Origin: a virus
DNA: 64,000 bases
IMG/VR virus record: IMGVR_UViG_3300045988_184255
Strand: one strand, 5' to 3'
The notes below the pieces were generated by a model. It ran no database searches and had not been told where the DNA came from. It saw only the letters and a program-made list of their open reading frames with translations. Within the stretch, counting starts at the first letter, position 1, and every line of letters starts with the position of its first letter. Positions 44,163 to 53,073 of the stretch are shown one piece after another. Made by a program: the position numbers and the translations under genes.

Positions 44163-44600
44163 ATGAGCAGCTATGAAAAATTTAAGACGGTGTGGACCGT
44201 AGGCAACATCATCGTTATCTACCTCCTCAATGCATTCATTTTGAAGAAGGCGGGGTATCCCATCTGGGCTGGCTTCACGCCGATTTACAACATCTTCTGC
44301 CTTTTCTATTCCACTTACGGACATACCCGTTACGTATGGCTGATGCTGGTGCCTATCGTCAACATCGTCCTTACCATCGTAACGTGGGTGAAGTTCGTAT
44401 CCATGTTTGGTGTGGACTATCAGGGGTTTACCAGCTATCACAGACCGAAAATGGTGTTCTGGATGGCTCTGTTCCCTGCTATCGTCTATGCGATTTTGGC
44501 TTTTGACCCCACAGAGTACAAAGGCCCCTACCCCGGCCCTGACCCCTTTAAGAAAAATCCTATTCCCGCCGCTGACAACAACGGTGGTGCGAATATGTAA
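44163..44600 (+). CDS. Membrane protein (145 aa, about 4 TM)
   Basis: RBS ctgaaaggacaattact then ATG. Confidence 0.5.
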   Translation: MSSYEKFKTVWTVGNIIVIYLLNAFILKKAGYPIWAGFTPIYNIFCLFYSTYGHTRYVWLMLVPIVNIVLTIVTWVKFVSMFGVDYQGFTSYHRPKMVFWMALFPAIVYAILAFDPTEYKGPYPGPDPFKKNPIPAADNNGGANM

Positions 44601-44629
44601 AACCACAGAAAGAAAGGAAGTAGATACCC

Positions 44630-46123
44630 GTGGCACGAGATAACACGTGGACTTTCACTGCAGAGGAAGTTGCACAAATCACCAAGTTGCCCAAGCGTCA
44701 GTTCAAGCTGGGCGCCGGCAACATCTGCACCGGATATTTCGATGATGCCAACAGTCGCTTCTATGAGTGCGACGATAACGGTAAGCTGACCGGACGTGTA
44801 GGCAGCGCAAAGAAGCAGACGACCATCGTTGTACCCGCAACCAATGGAGGAGATGACCCGCCCCCTGTTCCCCCTGAAAAGAAGGAACCTCCCAAGAAAG
44901 AGCCCGCAAAGAAGCCTGAACCTCCGAAGCCTGAACCGACACCTCCCCCCTCAGGTACGGCTGACGCTCCCGACTGGCGGGAGCTGAAGCGGCAGGAGGA
45001 GGAACGCCTGAAAGCCGAGAAGCAGCGGGAACGTGAGGAAAAGAAAAAGCGCAAGCCCGTCGTGTCCGCCAGTGATGCTGCTGGAACCAGTATGGTGCCT
45101 GTAAGCCCGTTCAAGCGGTTTATGAAAAAGGTCGTCCTGCCCATCGTGGCCGTGGTCGCCTGCGGCGCTATTGCTTTCTGTGTATATTCCATTCTGGCAA
45201 ACCGCTCTACGCCCATCGGTTATCAGTACCCCACAGTGCTTCAGCGTTCCGATGGTACGACTGTTACCACGTCTTACGTACACGGCGACAGTGTTCAGGT
45301 CATTCAGGTCACGGACGATGTCCTGCCGGGGACGCAGTTCTCCAAGGACAATCTGGCCGTGGCTACCATTCCCGCTGACGTCTACAACTGTGCTGTAGCT
45401 ATCGGCTCCAAGTTGTGCAACGTGGATATGGCGAACACAGTCGTAGGAAAGTATGCCACCGAGTACATCGGCGCAGGTCAAATCCTTCGTATCGACCAGT
45501 TCAGCGTCAACAGCACTACAGGAGCTTCCGTTGCTGCAAATCCTTGGCTGGCTGAGGATGGCGAGGATGTCCGCGATTACCTGTGGGAAGATGATACCAG
45601 CTTCCTGATGTTCGGTCGTGAGGCGGTCATCACTATCACCCGCACTGTGGACGATAACAACGCCGCTCTCCGCGAGGAGCTGTATGCAGATGACCCCACT
45701 ATCGAGTACACCATCAGCGAGAAAGACGAGCATAATCGTCGGCATGAGACCATCAAGCTGAACGCTGTTGTCAGTGACCTCTTGAACTCCGACGGCACCC
45801 TGTTGTATGATGTATACGCCAAGTTGGGTGCTATCCCGCAGGGCGAACTGAGCCAGTATGTGAAGAACCATGTCAGTGTTGCAAAGATGGTTCCCACCAT
45901 CGTGCGCTTCCGCATGACAGAGAAGGCTGCCACCGTGTATGATGCAGCAATGGTCACGGGCGCTGATGTGACGCTCACCAGCGGCACAGTAACGACCGTG
46001 GAGCTGCTGGAGGAACTGGAAGCCAACACTCCCGAACGTGCCGCACAGCTCAACATCTGCCAGTTCGTAGACCGTATCCTCTGCGGAGATAACACCGTAC
46101 AGAACACTGACCCTGTGCAGTAA
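44630..46123 (+). CDS. Membrane protein with Pro/Lys-rich and charged coiled-coil linker, single TM and large C-terminal domain (497 aa)
   Basis: RBS agaaaggaagtagatacccgtg; PPPVPPEKKEPPKKEPAKKPEPPKPEP; KQREREEKKKRK; TM VVLPIVAVVACGAIAFCVYSIL. Confidence 0.55.
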   Translation: MARDNTWTFTAEEVAQITKLPKRQFKLGAGNICTGYFDDANSRFYECDDNGKLTGRVGSAKKQTTIVVPATNGGDDPPPVPPEKKEPPKKEPAKKPEPPKPEPTPPPSGTADAPDWRELKRQEEERLKAEKQREREEKKKRKPVVSASDAAGTSMVPVSPFKRFMKKVVLPIVAVVACGAIAFCVYSILANRSTPIGYQYPTVLQRSDGTTVTTSYVHGDSVQVIQVTDDVLPGTQFSKDNLAVATIPADVYNCAVAIGSKLCNVDMANTVVGKYATEYIGAGQILRIDQFSVNSTTGASVAANPWLAEDGEDVRDYLWEDDTSFLMFGREAVITITRTVDDNNAALREELYADDPTIEYTISEKDEHNRRHETIKLNAVVSDLLNSDGTLLYDVYAKLGAIPQGELSQYVKNHVSVAKMVPTIVRFRMTEKAATVYDAAMVTGADVTLTSGTVTTVELLEELEANTPERAAQLNICQFVDRILCGDNTVQNTDPVQ

Positions 46124-46145
46124 AAGTTTTGAGGAGGACAAAAAC

Positions 46146-46835
46146 ATGAAAAAGTATCTTGTCTTGGTGCTGGCTGCGCTGATGCTGCTGACTATCGCCG
46201 GCTGCGGAAAGAAGAACGGAGACAATCCCGCTGACGACCCGAAGTACAATCTGGAAAATCCAGAACCTATTCCCGATGGTATGGAGGATACCAAGGGCTA
46301 TATCGGTGATGGAAAGTACCGCAACGACGTGAAGCTGACCTGCACCCTGCAGTCTGGCTACGAGGTCACGCTGGGCATGGGCGACAAGGACGCAGGTTCC
46401 AACGCCGTCTACCTGAACCCCACCTGTTCCAACCCCAACGGCGCGGTTTTCTATATCGAAGCCGAGCGCATGATGTTCCCTCAGTATTCTACCCCGATGG
46501 AACTCGCCACTGTTAAGCTGGCCGACTTCCCCGCCATGGATACCAACAGCATCGTTGCTTTCCAGTGGTATGAAGACATCATGGGTGTGGATGCCGTCTA
46601 TCACGACGTAGATAACTACGGCGTGGCATGGCAGGACTCCAGCCTTGTGGATGGCGACTCCGGTTCTGAAACGCTGACCATCAAGGTCTGCGATAAGGTT
46701 ACTGGCGAAGAGCTGGGAACAGTCGTTGCCCACATCGACTATGATGCTGAGAATGACATCTACTTCCTCGCCGATATGAGCGAGGTCATCGAAAACGCCG
46801 ACGGTGCTGTTGACACCACAGTTCCTGCGACATAA
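46146..46835 (+). CDS. Lipoprotein (229 aa); paralog of 63137..63967
   Basis: Signal plus lipobox LLTIAGCGKK; shared block YRNDV.L.C.L.SGY.VTLGMGD...G..A.YLNPT..NP.G. Confidence 0.6.
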   Translation: MKKYLVLVLAALMLLTIAGCGKKNGDNPADDPKYNLENPEPIPDGMEDTKGYIGDGKYRNDVKLTCTLQSGYEVTLGMGDKDAGSNAVYLNPTCSNPNGAVFYIEAERMMFPQYSTPMELATVKLADFPAMDTNSIVAFQWYEDIMGVDAVYHDVDNYGVAWQDSSLVDGDSGSETLTIKVCDKVTGEELGTVVAHIDYDAENDIYFLADMSEVIENADGAVDTTVPAT

Positions 46836-46854
46836 AAAAGAAAGGAGAACAAAT

Positions 46855-47307
46855 ATGCCCGCTATTATCAGTGATTCCAAGCAGCAGCAGGCACTTCAGC
46901 AGGTCATGGATGGCCTGAAAGCTGTTTCCGACATCAATACTATGCTGGATATTGCCGCGAAGGATAACGCCTTTACAGTGTCCGCAAAGAGCCGCAAGAA
47001 GCCCACAATCGTCGTTGATGAACAGGCTGCCACCCGTATTCAGGGCGCTATTAAGGCGTACCGCGATAAGATGGTCAAGAAGATTCGTGATACAGCCGAC
47101 AAACAGCGTATTGCTTTGTCCGATGAGGACGAGGCAATCCTCGACTGGGGCGTTGGTACTTCCGCAGCAGAACCCGTCGAGGACACCGCCGAGGCTTCCG
47201 ATGCCGATGAGGACGATACCGCTGACGGCGAATCCGCAGAGGAAATCGCGGAAGCCGATGAACCTACAGGGACTCCCGAAAACGCCAATCCCTACACACT
47301 GTATTAA
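46855..47307 (+). CDS. Acidic protein (150 aa) with D/E-rich C-terminal tail
   Basis: RBS aaaagaaaggagaacaaat then ATG; followed by terminator aagccctcgcctatcggcgggggcttttctttt. Confidence 0.55.
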   Translation: MPAIISDSKQQQALQQVMDGLKAVSDINTMLDIAAKDNAFTVSAKSRKKPTIVVDEQAATRIQGAIKAYRDKMVKKIRDTADKQRIALSDEDEAILDWGVGTSAAEPVEDTAEASDADEDDTADGESAEEIAEADEPTGTPENANPYTLY

Positions 47308-47387
47308 GCCAAATCGGAAGCCCTCGCCTATCGGCGGGGGCTTTTCTTTTATATGCTGAAGAAAGCCGGCCCTTTAGGGCCGGCTGT

Positions 47388-47924
47388 TTAGTTATCACGA
47401 GAGTTCAGTTCCGCTTTGACTTCCTCGGTATCCTTGGCATCCGCAGGAACGTAAATTTCCTGATAGGCCAGAAGGCGCGTAGCATCTTTGGCGCGGACGT
47501 AGATGGTATATTTGAAGCCGGGGAACAGGTCTTTGTTCTTCCGGTCAGGAAGATTGAACACATGAGCTTCCTGTTCCTCGTCCTCTCCAGTTACAAAGAT
47601 GACTTCCTTGCTGTCACGCGGCCAATTCCGCGACCGCACAGAACGGCACGTAGCCACATGGCAGATGATGTCGCCGTTTTCCCATTCTGTTCGCAGATGC
47701 AGTGCGGTGTAGACCACATATGCTGCCAGCAGAAGAATGGCACAGGCAAAAGGAATCATGGATGCAAAGTGTGTTTTTTGAAGGACGAGGGTCGCAATCA
47801 GAATGACTACAATAGCTCCAGCCATCAACAGGCCTTTGGTCGTCATCTGCTGCAGAGCTGCGGGATAAGGGCGTTCTTCGTCGAGGTGCTCGTCATAATT
47901 GCACACGGAGTTTTTGTCGGACAT
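47388..47924 (-). CDS. Membrane protein (178 aa); possible anti-sigma-like partner of the upstream HTH protein
   Basis: Two TM helices; ATGA-type overlap with the upstream gene. Confidence 0.45.
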   Translation of the reverse strand: MSDKNSVCNYDEHLDEERPYPAALQQMTTKGLLMAGAIVVILIATLVLQKTHFASMIPFACAILLLAAYVVYTALHLRTEWENGDIICHVATCRSVRSRNWPRDSKEVIFVTGEDEEQEAHVFNLPDRKNKDLFPGFKYTIYVRAKDATRLLAYQEIYVPADAKDTEEVKAELNSRDN

Positions 47925-48574
47925 TATGCATCACCTCCAATACGAGACCGCGAGGGTGCGATACGGCGTCCGCGATAGAACAGACGGGTATTCGCTTCAC
48001 GACCAGTCACGGAGCCAATGACCAAGGCCATTTCCTCAGGAGTAGCCATTCCATTTGCCATGTTGCAGGATGCAAACGCAACCGCCATCATCTTCTCCAC
48101 AGGAACGTCGATAACCGCCGCAACTGCCTTTGCACGGGACTGGGGCATCTCCTTATAGGGGTATGTGGAGAACAAATACTGAGCAAGGCCCTGCACGCCT
48201 GCAAGCTGCTCCAGATAATCCAGCGTGACTCCCTCCTTGTTCAGATAATCCGCAATGAGGGGATATCCTTCGCTGAAATACCATGAGTGAGCGCCACGAA
48301 TGTTGTTGCAGAGCATCGTAACATCGGACAGGGAAATTCCAGTTGCCTCCGCAGCAGAGGTGACAGATGAATCTTTGTTGGTGGCAAAGTAACTGATGAC
48401 AGCACGTACCTGCTCCTCATCCAGAACAGGACGGGGATATCGCCTTGCCTTCTCGTTGGGAAAGGGAATTTTCTGCAGGTGCAGATACACCTGCTGGCGA
48501 GAGATGTTGAGATTTTCGGCAATCTCCTGAACAGAGTAGCCGTTCCACCTCATAAGACCTACATAGGTCGCCAT
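47924..48574 (-). CDS. HTH protein resembling sigma-70 region 4 / small sigma-factor-like regulators (217 aa)
   Basis: GYSVQEIAENLNISRQQVYLHLQKI; start chosen at MATYVGL (ATG 48574) rather than the longer ORF. Confidence 0.45.
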   Translation of the reverse strand: MATYVGLMRWNGYSVQEIAENLNISRQQVYLHLQKIPFPNEKARRYPRPVLDEEQVRAVISYFATNKDSSVTSAAEATGISLSDVTMLCNNIRGAHSWYFSEGYPLIADYLNKEGVTLDYLEQLAGVQGLAQYLFSTYPYKEMPQSRAKAVAAVIDVPVEKMMAVAFASCNMANGMATPEEMALVIGSVTGREANTRLFYRGRRIAPSRSRIGGDA

Positions 48575-48623
48575 GCGCTCGCCCCACTGCACGTTTTCTG
48601 ACTTACGTGTATCATTTGTTGAC

Positions 48624-49172
48624 TCACACAAATCTAATCGCCTCCTTGAAAAAATCGCCGGACTCGTAGACAAAACTGACAGTACAGAGAATGGCAACAC
48701 ACGCCAAAATGAACGAGAAAGTATGTCCAGATGCACCATCGGTCTTGATGCCGAAAATCCAGAAGCGGTGGGAAATCGGCCAAAGAAGAGGAACGCCGGC
48801 TTTGTTGAAAAGGTCGAGCAAGATATGAGTTGCTCCACCAATTACAAACGCGAGGATATAGGGCAGCCATTCAATGCCCAGAAACAGCCTCAGGGCTGCG
48901 TACAAGGCCGCCCAAATGAAAGGAGCATGAGTGATACCCCTATGCCCAAAGAGGGCGTTTACGGCAGCGGAGACGGGTTTATTCTTACGCCCCGCCTTGC
49001 TGCACGGAAGGTCGATGTCAGGCGCGAGAGAACCTGCCATGGACAGACCAACCACTCCGAGGGCCGGAAGCAATCCCTCCGGTGCCGGAAGCTCGAACAG
49101 TCCGTTGATTTGTGCCTGCACAAGCAGCAGGCCAGCCGTGTAACCGGCAAAAGTATGGGTTCGCCCGTCCAT
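48624..49172 (-). CDS. YdjM-like membrane-bound metal-dependent hydrolase (182 aa)
   Basis: APDIDLPCSKAG and FGHRGITHA motifs as in E. coli YdjM; several TM helices. Confidence 0.6.
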   Translation of the reverse strand: MDGRTHTFAGYTAGLLLVQAQINGLFELPAPEGLLPALGVVGLSMAGSLAPDIDLPCSKAGRKNKPVSAAVNALFGHRGITHAPFIWAALYAALRLFLGIEWLPYILAFVIGGATHILLDLFNKAGVPLLWPISHRFWIFGIKTDGASGHTFSFILACVAILCTVSFVYESGDFFKEAIRFV

Positions 49173-49373
49173 AGTTCACCTCCTATAAAAGTGGACGGGG
49201 TACAGCACAATAACAAGAATCTTGTTATTCCTATCGAAAATTGCAGAAAAATAACAAGCATCTTGAACAAATGTTCTGGCGAATTTTTGTTAATTGGAAC
49301 ACTTGTACTATACCACAAAGTATGATAGAATGTCAATCACGATATGACGATACCGCATTGATAGGAACGCAGA

Positions 49374-51611
49374 TTACCTACGACCGGAACGCCGGCCACG
49401 AGAGCTGCTGCGCGATGTGCTGCGGCTACCGGAACGGCTGCCGCTGCCAGAACGCGAGGACGTACCTGCAGGCTTGGTATTGTTGAACTGAAGCGTGAAG
49501 TTCGGTCCCCAATCGCTGCGCTGGCTATCATCCATCACGAGGTCTGCGGCGAACGTGCCGCCGTCCTTCTTGGTCAGCTTCGTCTTGTGGACGGGCTTGC
49601 CGTCGAGAAAGTTCTTGACATCCTTCTCGGTAAAGGTAATGTGCTGGAACAGTGAAGGTTTGGGCTTCTTCCAGATGGTAAACTTACAACCGTTCTTCCA
49701 GTTGGAGCAACCGAAGCCAATCTTTCCTTCGATGATGTTCCCGCCACAGCGGGGACACACACCAATCGGTGTATAGCCCTTTCGAGTAGGGATAATGCTG
49801 GGGTCAACTTTCGGATGCGGCTGCTGCAAGAAATCCTTGAGCATAGCGAGAACGTTCTGTTCCAGCTTTTCCGGTGTTGCCTTCCCCTCATGTATCTCTT
49901 CCTGAATGACCCACCACAAAGCGGTAAGGTCAGGACCACGAAGAGCGTCAGGGAGAATGCGATACAGCTCGCGTCCGAGAGGTGTCGAGATAAGGGACTT
50001 CCCTTTCTCCTGTAAGAAACCTCTGGAGATAAGTCCGGAGATTATCTGGTCGCGGGTAGCACTGGTTCCAATGGCGCCGTTATTTTCCTCCACGTCAGCA
50101 TCCTTCTTGAGAAGCGTGCTTTTGATGAAAGGGTCGGTCACATATTTGGCGATACGGCTCATGTCCTTTGCCAATGTGTACTGGGTATAGCGAGGAGGCG
50201 GATTGGTCTCCTTCTCCAAAACCTGAGCATCGGAAACAAAGGCGTCGTAGCTGCCGGCAGGTATCATACTCAATGCCGTAGGTGTATCAACACCCTCGCG
50301 CATCATCACCAGATAACCGGGCTTCAGGACGCCAGTGCTGGAAGCCTCCAATGTGGCGCCGTCCGGCAGGGGAACGGCCAGCTTTGTAGTTTCCTTCTCG
50401 GCAGGCGGGAAAAACTGGATAAGGTAATACTTGCAGATTGCAAGATATACGTTCCGTTCCCTCTCTGTCATCTTATTGAGGTCGAGGCTCACATTCTGGG
50501 GGATGATACCGAAATGGGCTTCAATTTTGGAGTCATCAAAGCAGCGGCCCTTCGTCTTGAAATCCATGCCTTGAATGGGATTGAAGTTGCCCTTCCCTAC
50601 CGTGTTGATGTTTGCGATGACAGTACGGGACGTGGCAGGTGCTTCCGCGAAGTAGTTTTCGGGGAGGTAGCGCACCTGAGTACGGTTGTAGGTAATGGCG
50701 TTATAGTTATCACGCAAGGACTGTGTGATTTCCATTGTGTCATCCAGCTTATAGCCAAAATTCTTCAGGCAGTAGCCCTGCAGCTCCAGCATATCGAATG
50801 GCAGAGGCGGCTGCTCCTTGGAGACCTTCTTCGTGATGGTCGCTCCGGAGAACTGCTTTCCCGCAACCATCGCAGCCTTGCTCTCTGCGTAAGGCTTATC
50901 CAAGATAAGCCCGTCGGTCAGATGAGGGTCATCCTTCTTCGGCTTGTACTTTGCTTCAATGACTTTACCCGCAACGGAGGTGTTTGCCATGACTTCATAG
51001 TATTTCGTCTTTACGTGGTTCTCAATGAGCTTATCACGCTCTACCACGAGCCCCAGCGTCGGGGACTGCACACGGCCAACCGTCAGCGAAGCATTATTGA
51101 CCAAAGAATAATAGCGGCTCATATTGACGCCAACCATCAGGTCCGCAACGCTGCGGGCATAGGCAGACCACCCCATGTTCTCAAAGGAACGGTTATCTTT
51201 GAGGTTATTGAGCGCACGCTGCAACGCAGGGATAGAAGTGTCGCCTGTCGCCAGACGGTAGACAGGCCCACGATAGTGATGCCAGCGAAGCAGTTCATCA
51301 ATAAGGAGCTGTCCCTCTTCGTCAGGGTCGCCGGCGTGTATAACACAGCTACACTGTTTTAGCAGCTCGCCAATGCGGGTAACGCGCTCATTGGGGTTCA
51401 CTCCCCTTCCATTGTATTCTTTGATTTTGGTCTGCCAGTTAGGAAAGTAAATGGGCAGTGCAGACAAATCCCATTTCCCCAGAGTGGTATCGTAATCTTC
51501 AGGTTCTTTCAAAGACAAAAGGTGGCCCTGAGAACACACAATGACGTAATCACCTTTTACGGTCGCTCCACGGTCAGAACGTGCCGTGCCGGGGATAGCT
51601 TGAGCAATCAA
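49374..51611 (-). CDS. topB: DNA topoisomerase III (type IA) with C-terminal zinc ribbons and Ser/Arg-rich basic tail (about 745 aa)
   Basis: TOPRIM/type-IA signatures (GHLLSL, SPTLGLVVERD, ATRDQIISGL); C-terminal CPRCGG..CSNWKNGC; tail SRSGSGSRSGSRSTSRSSSRGRRSGRR; the N-terminus is longer than the ORF-track call (see findings). Confidence 0.85.
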   Translation of the reverse strand: MIAQAIPGTARSDRGATVKGDYVIVCSQGHLLSLKEPEDYDTTLGKWDLSALPIYFPNWQTKIKEYNGRGVNPNERVTRIGELLKQCSCVIHAGDPDEEGQLLIDELLRWHHYRGPVYRLATGDTSIPALQRALNNLKDNRSFENMGWSAYARSVADLMVGVNMSRYYSLVNNASLTVGRVQSPTLGLVVERDKLIENHVKTKYYEVMANTSVAGKVIEAKYKPKKDDPHLTDGLILDKPYAESKAAMVAGKQFSGATITKKVSKEQPPLPFDMLELQGYCLKNFGYKLDDTMEITQSLRDNYNAITYNRTQVRYLPENYFAEAPATSRTVIANINTVGKGNFNPIQGMDFKTKGRCFDDSKIEAHFGIIPQNVSLDLNKMTERERNVYLAICKYYLIQFFPPAEKETTKLAVPLPDGATLEASSTGVLKPGYLVMMREGVDTPTALSMIPAGSYDAFVSDAQVLEKETNPPPRYTQYTLAKDMSRIAKYVTDPFIKSTLLKKDADVEENNGAIGTSATRDQIISGLISRGFLQEKGKSLISTPLGRELYRILPDALRGPDLTALWWVIQEEIHEGKATPEKLEQNVLAMLKDFLQQPHPKVDPSIIPTRKGYTPIGVCPRCGGNIIEGKIGFGCSNWKNGCKFTIWKKPKPSLFQHITFTEKDVKNFLDGKPVHKTKLTKKDGGTFAADLVMDDSQRSDWGPNFTLQFNNTKPAGTSSRSGSGSRSGSRSTSRSSSRGRRSGRR

Positions 51612-52028
51612 ATCTCCAAGCTGTTTTTTCTCAGCAAGTATTAGTTTAATGTGGAAACACGACCTTTCCTTGGAAATGATGAAATCTGTCGTTTTTTATT
51701 CCCGTTTATAACTCTATACTATCATGTGTATAAAATTTTGTCAAGTTCGCAAAGAGGTGATGTCTATATCTTGTATGTGGAAGGTGAACATGATAGAAGG
51801 ACAAATTGGAAGTATTTGGAAACATTAGAATTGTAACCTTTCTGCGTAAAACTTTGTGAAAATCGGACAAAATTAACTGTTTTCAGCAGTATATTCTGCT
51901 ATAGATTGCTTTCGCAATAAGACACATTGCACAAAATAATTTCACAATTATCCGTCAAAATGACGGTAAATTTTGCACAAAAGAGCATGAAAACCGCAAA
52001 ATCAACGAACGCTTAATACAGGAGCCCC

Positions 52029-52063
52029 TTGACATTTTCCTACATCTGTGCTACACTCAAGCC
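52029..52063 (+). promoter_or_regulatory. Candidate promoter TTGACA-N17-TACACT about 320 nt upstream of the 52382 gene
   Basis: Hexamers read in the AT-rich intergenic region. Confidence 0.35.
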
Positions 52064-52381
52064 GTAATCTAAACGATGCTGGTGGGGAAGTACCACTGCC
52101 CCGAAACTGGTCGAGTTTAGGTTCAATAAAGTGAAACACATAAGTGCTGGTAGAGACCTGTCAAAGTCCATCTGCCGCAAAAAGCACTCACTATCTCTTT
52201 TGCGGCTAAGGATTTAATCAAGGGGATATCAGCGCTATTTTTTGTGCTTCATTTCCGGTTTCTCTCTCCCTACGAAAGATTGAAACCGAGTTCGAATGCC
52301 AGTGGAATTGGCATCGTTTATATGGCAGAAAGGTATAAAACAAGCGCTCAGGTTTACAGGAAAAGAGGAGGTCGGTAACAT

Positions 52382-52951
52382 ATGGCGGCGCAGCACGGCA
52401 GCACTAACAAGCATGGAAGCAGCAACAAAAAAGGCCCCACCGAAGGGGGCAAAATCGACGACCTAATTGAAGATTTCCTCAAATATTTGAGGTGCGAAGA
52501 CAACGAAGTAGTTCGCAAATCAGTAGAGAAAGCGGTGCAGGACCCTCTCTCCCTGATGGACATGATGATAAGCGTCATGGAATTTATGGGAGACGACCCC
52601 GACACAGCAAAACACCTTCTCGACATGGCAGAGCTCCGGCTCGCCACGTTGGTGAAAAATGCGGAAATATACGGTGTCATTGCCAAGCATGAGCTCACCC
52701 CTGAAGAAAAATGCCTTAATCACGCATTCACAGCCAGACAGGTTCTCTCGATGTGGCGCTACAGGAAGGAGCACCTCATCATCACGCCGATTGACCGCAT
52801 TTACACCTGCATGGAGGACTTCATCACCGATGTGGCGAACGATAACGACTTCTCCCGTCAGAAGGCCAGTGCGGTCATTCAACAGAACGAGGCTGGTTAC
52901 TATCAGTTCGTCGAGGGCATCGGACTTATCGTTTACGCCAAGGACGACTAA
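52382..52951 (+). CDS. Protein of unknown function (189 aa)
   Basis: RBS aaaagaggaggtcggtaacat then ATG. Confidence 0.5.
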   Translation: MAAQHGSTNKHGSSNKKGPTEGGKIDDLIEDFLKYLRCEDNEVVRKSVEKAVQDPLSLMDMMISVMEFMGDDPDTAKHLLDMAELRLATLVKNAEIYGVIAKHELTPEEKCLNHAFTARQVLSMWRYRKEHLIITPIDRIYTCMEDFITDVANDNDFSRQKASAVIQQNEAGYYQFVEGIGLIVYAKDD

Positions 52952-53073
52952 TCGGCGACTTAACCTTACCGACAACTTAATATAGGAACGCACAAAGATT
53001 GCGGTTATGATTATTATAATACATGATATAATTTAAGGAGAGCAACCCGACTATGGATTGCTCTCCTTTTTTC

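Noticed and set aside
47924-48841. Longer 305 aa version of the HTH protein, and + strand ORF 48573..49325
   Set aside because: The N-terminal 89 residues of the long ORF are hydrophobic, non-conserved-looking read-through with no RBS. The ATG at 48574 begins the domain. The + strand ORF is antisense to the YdjM-like gene.
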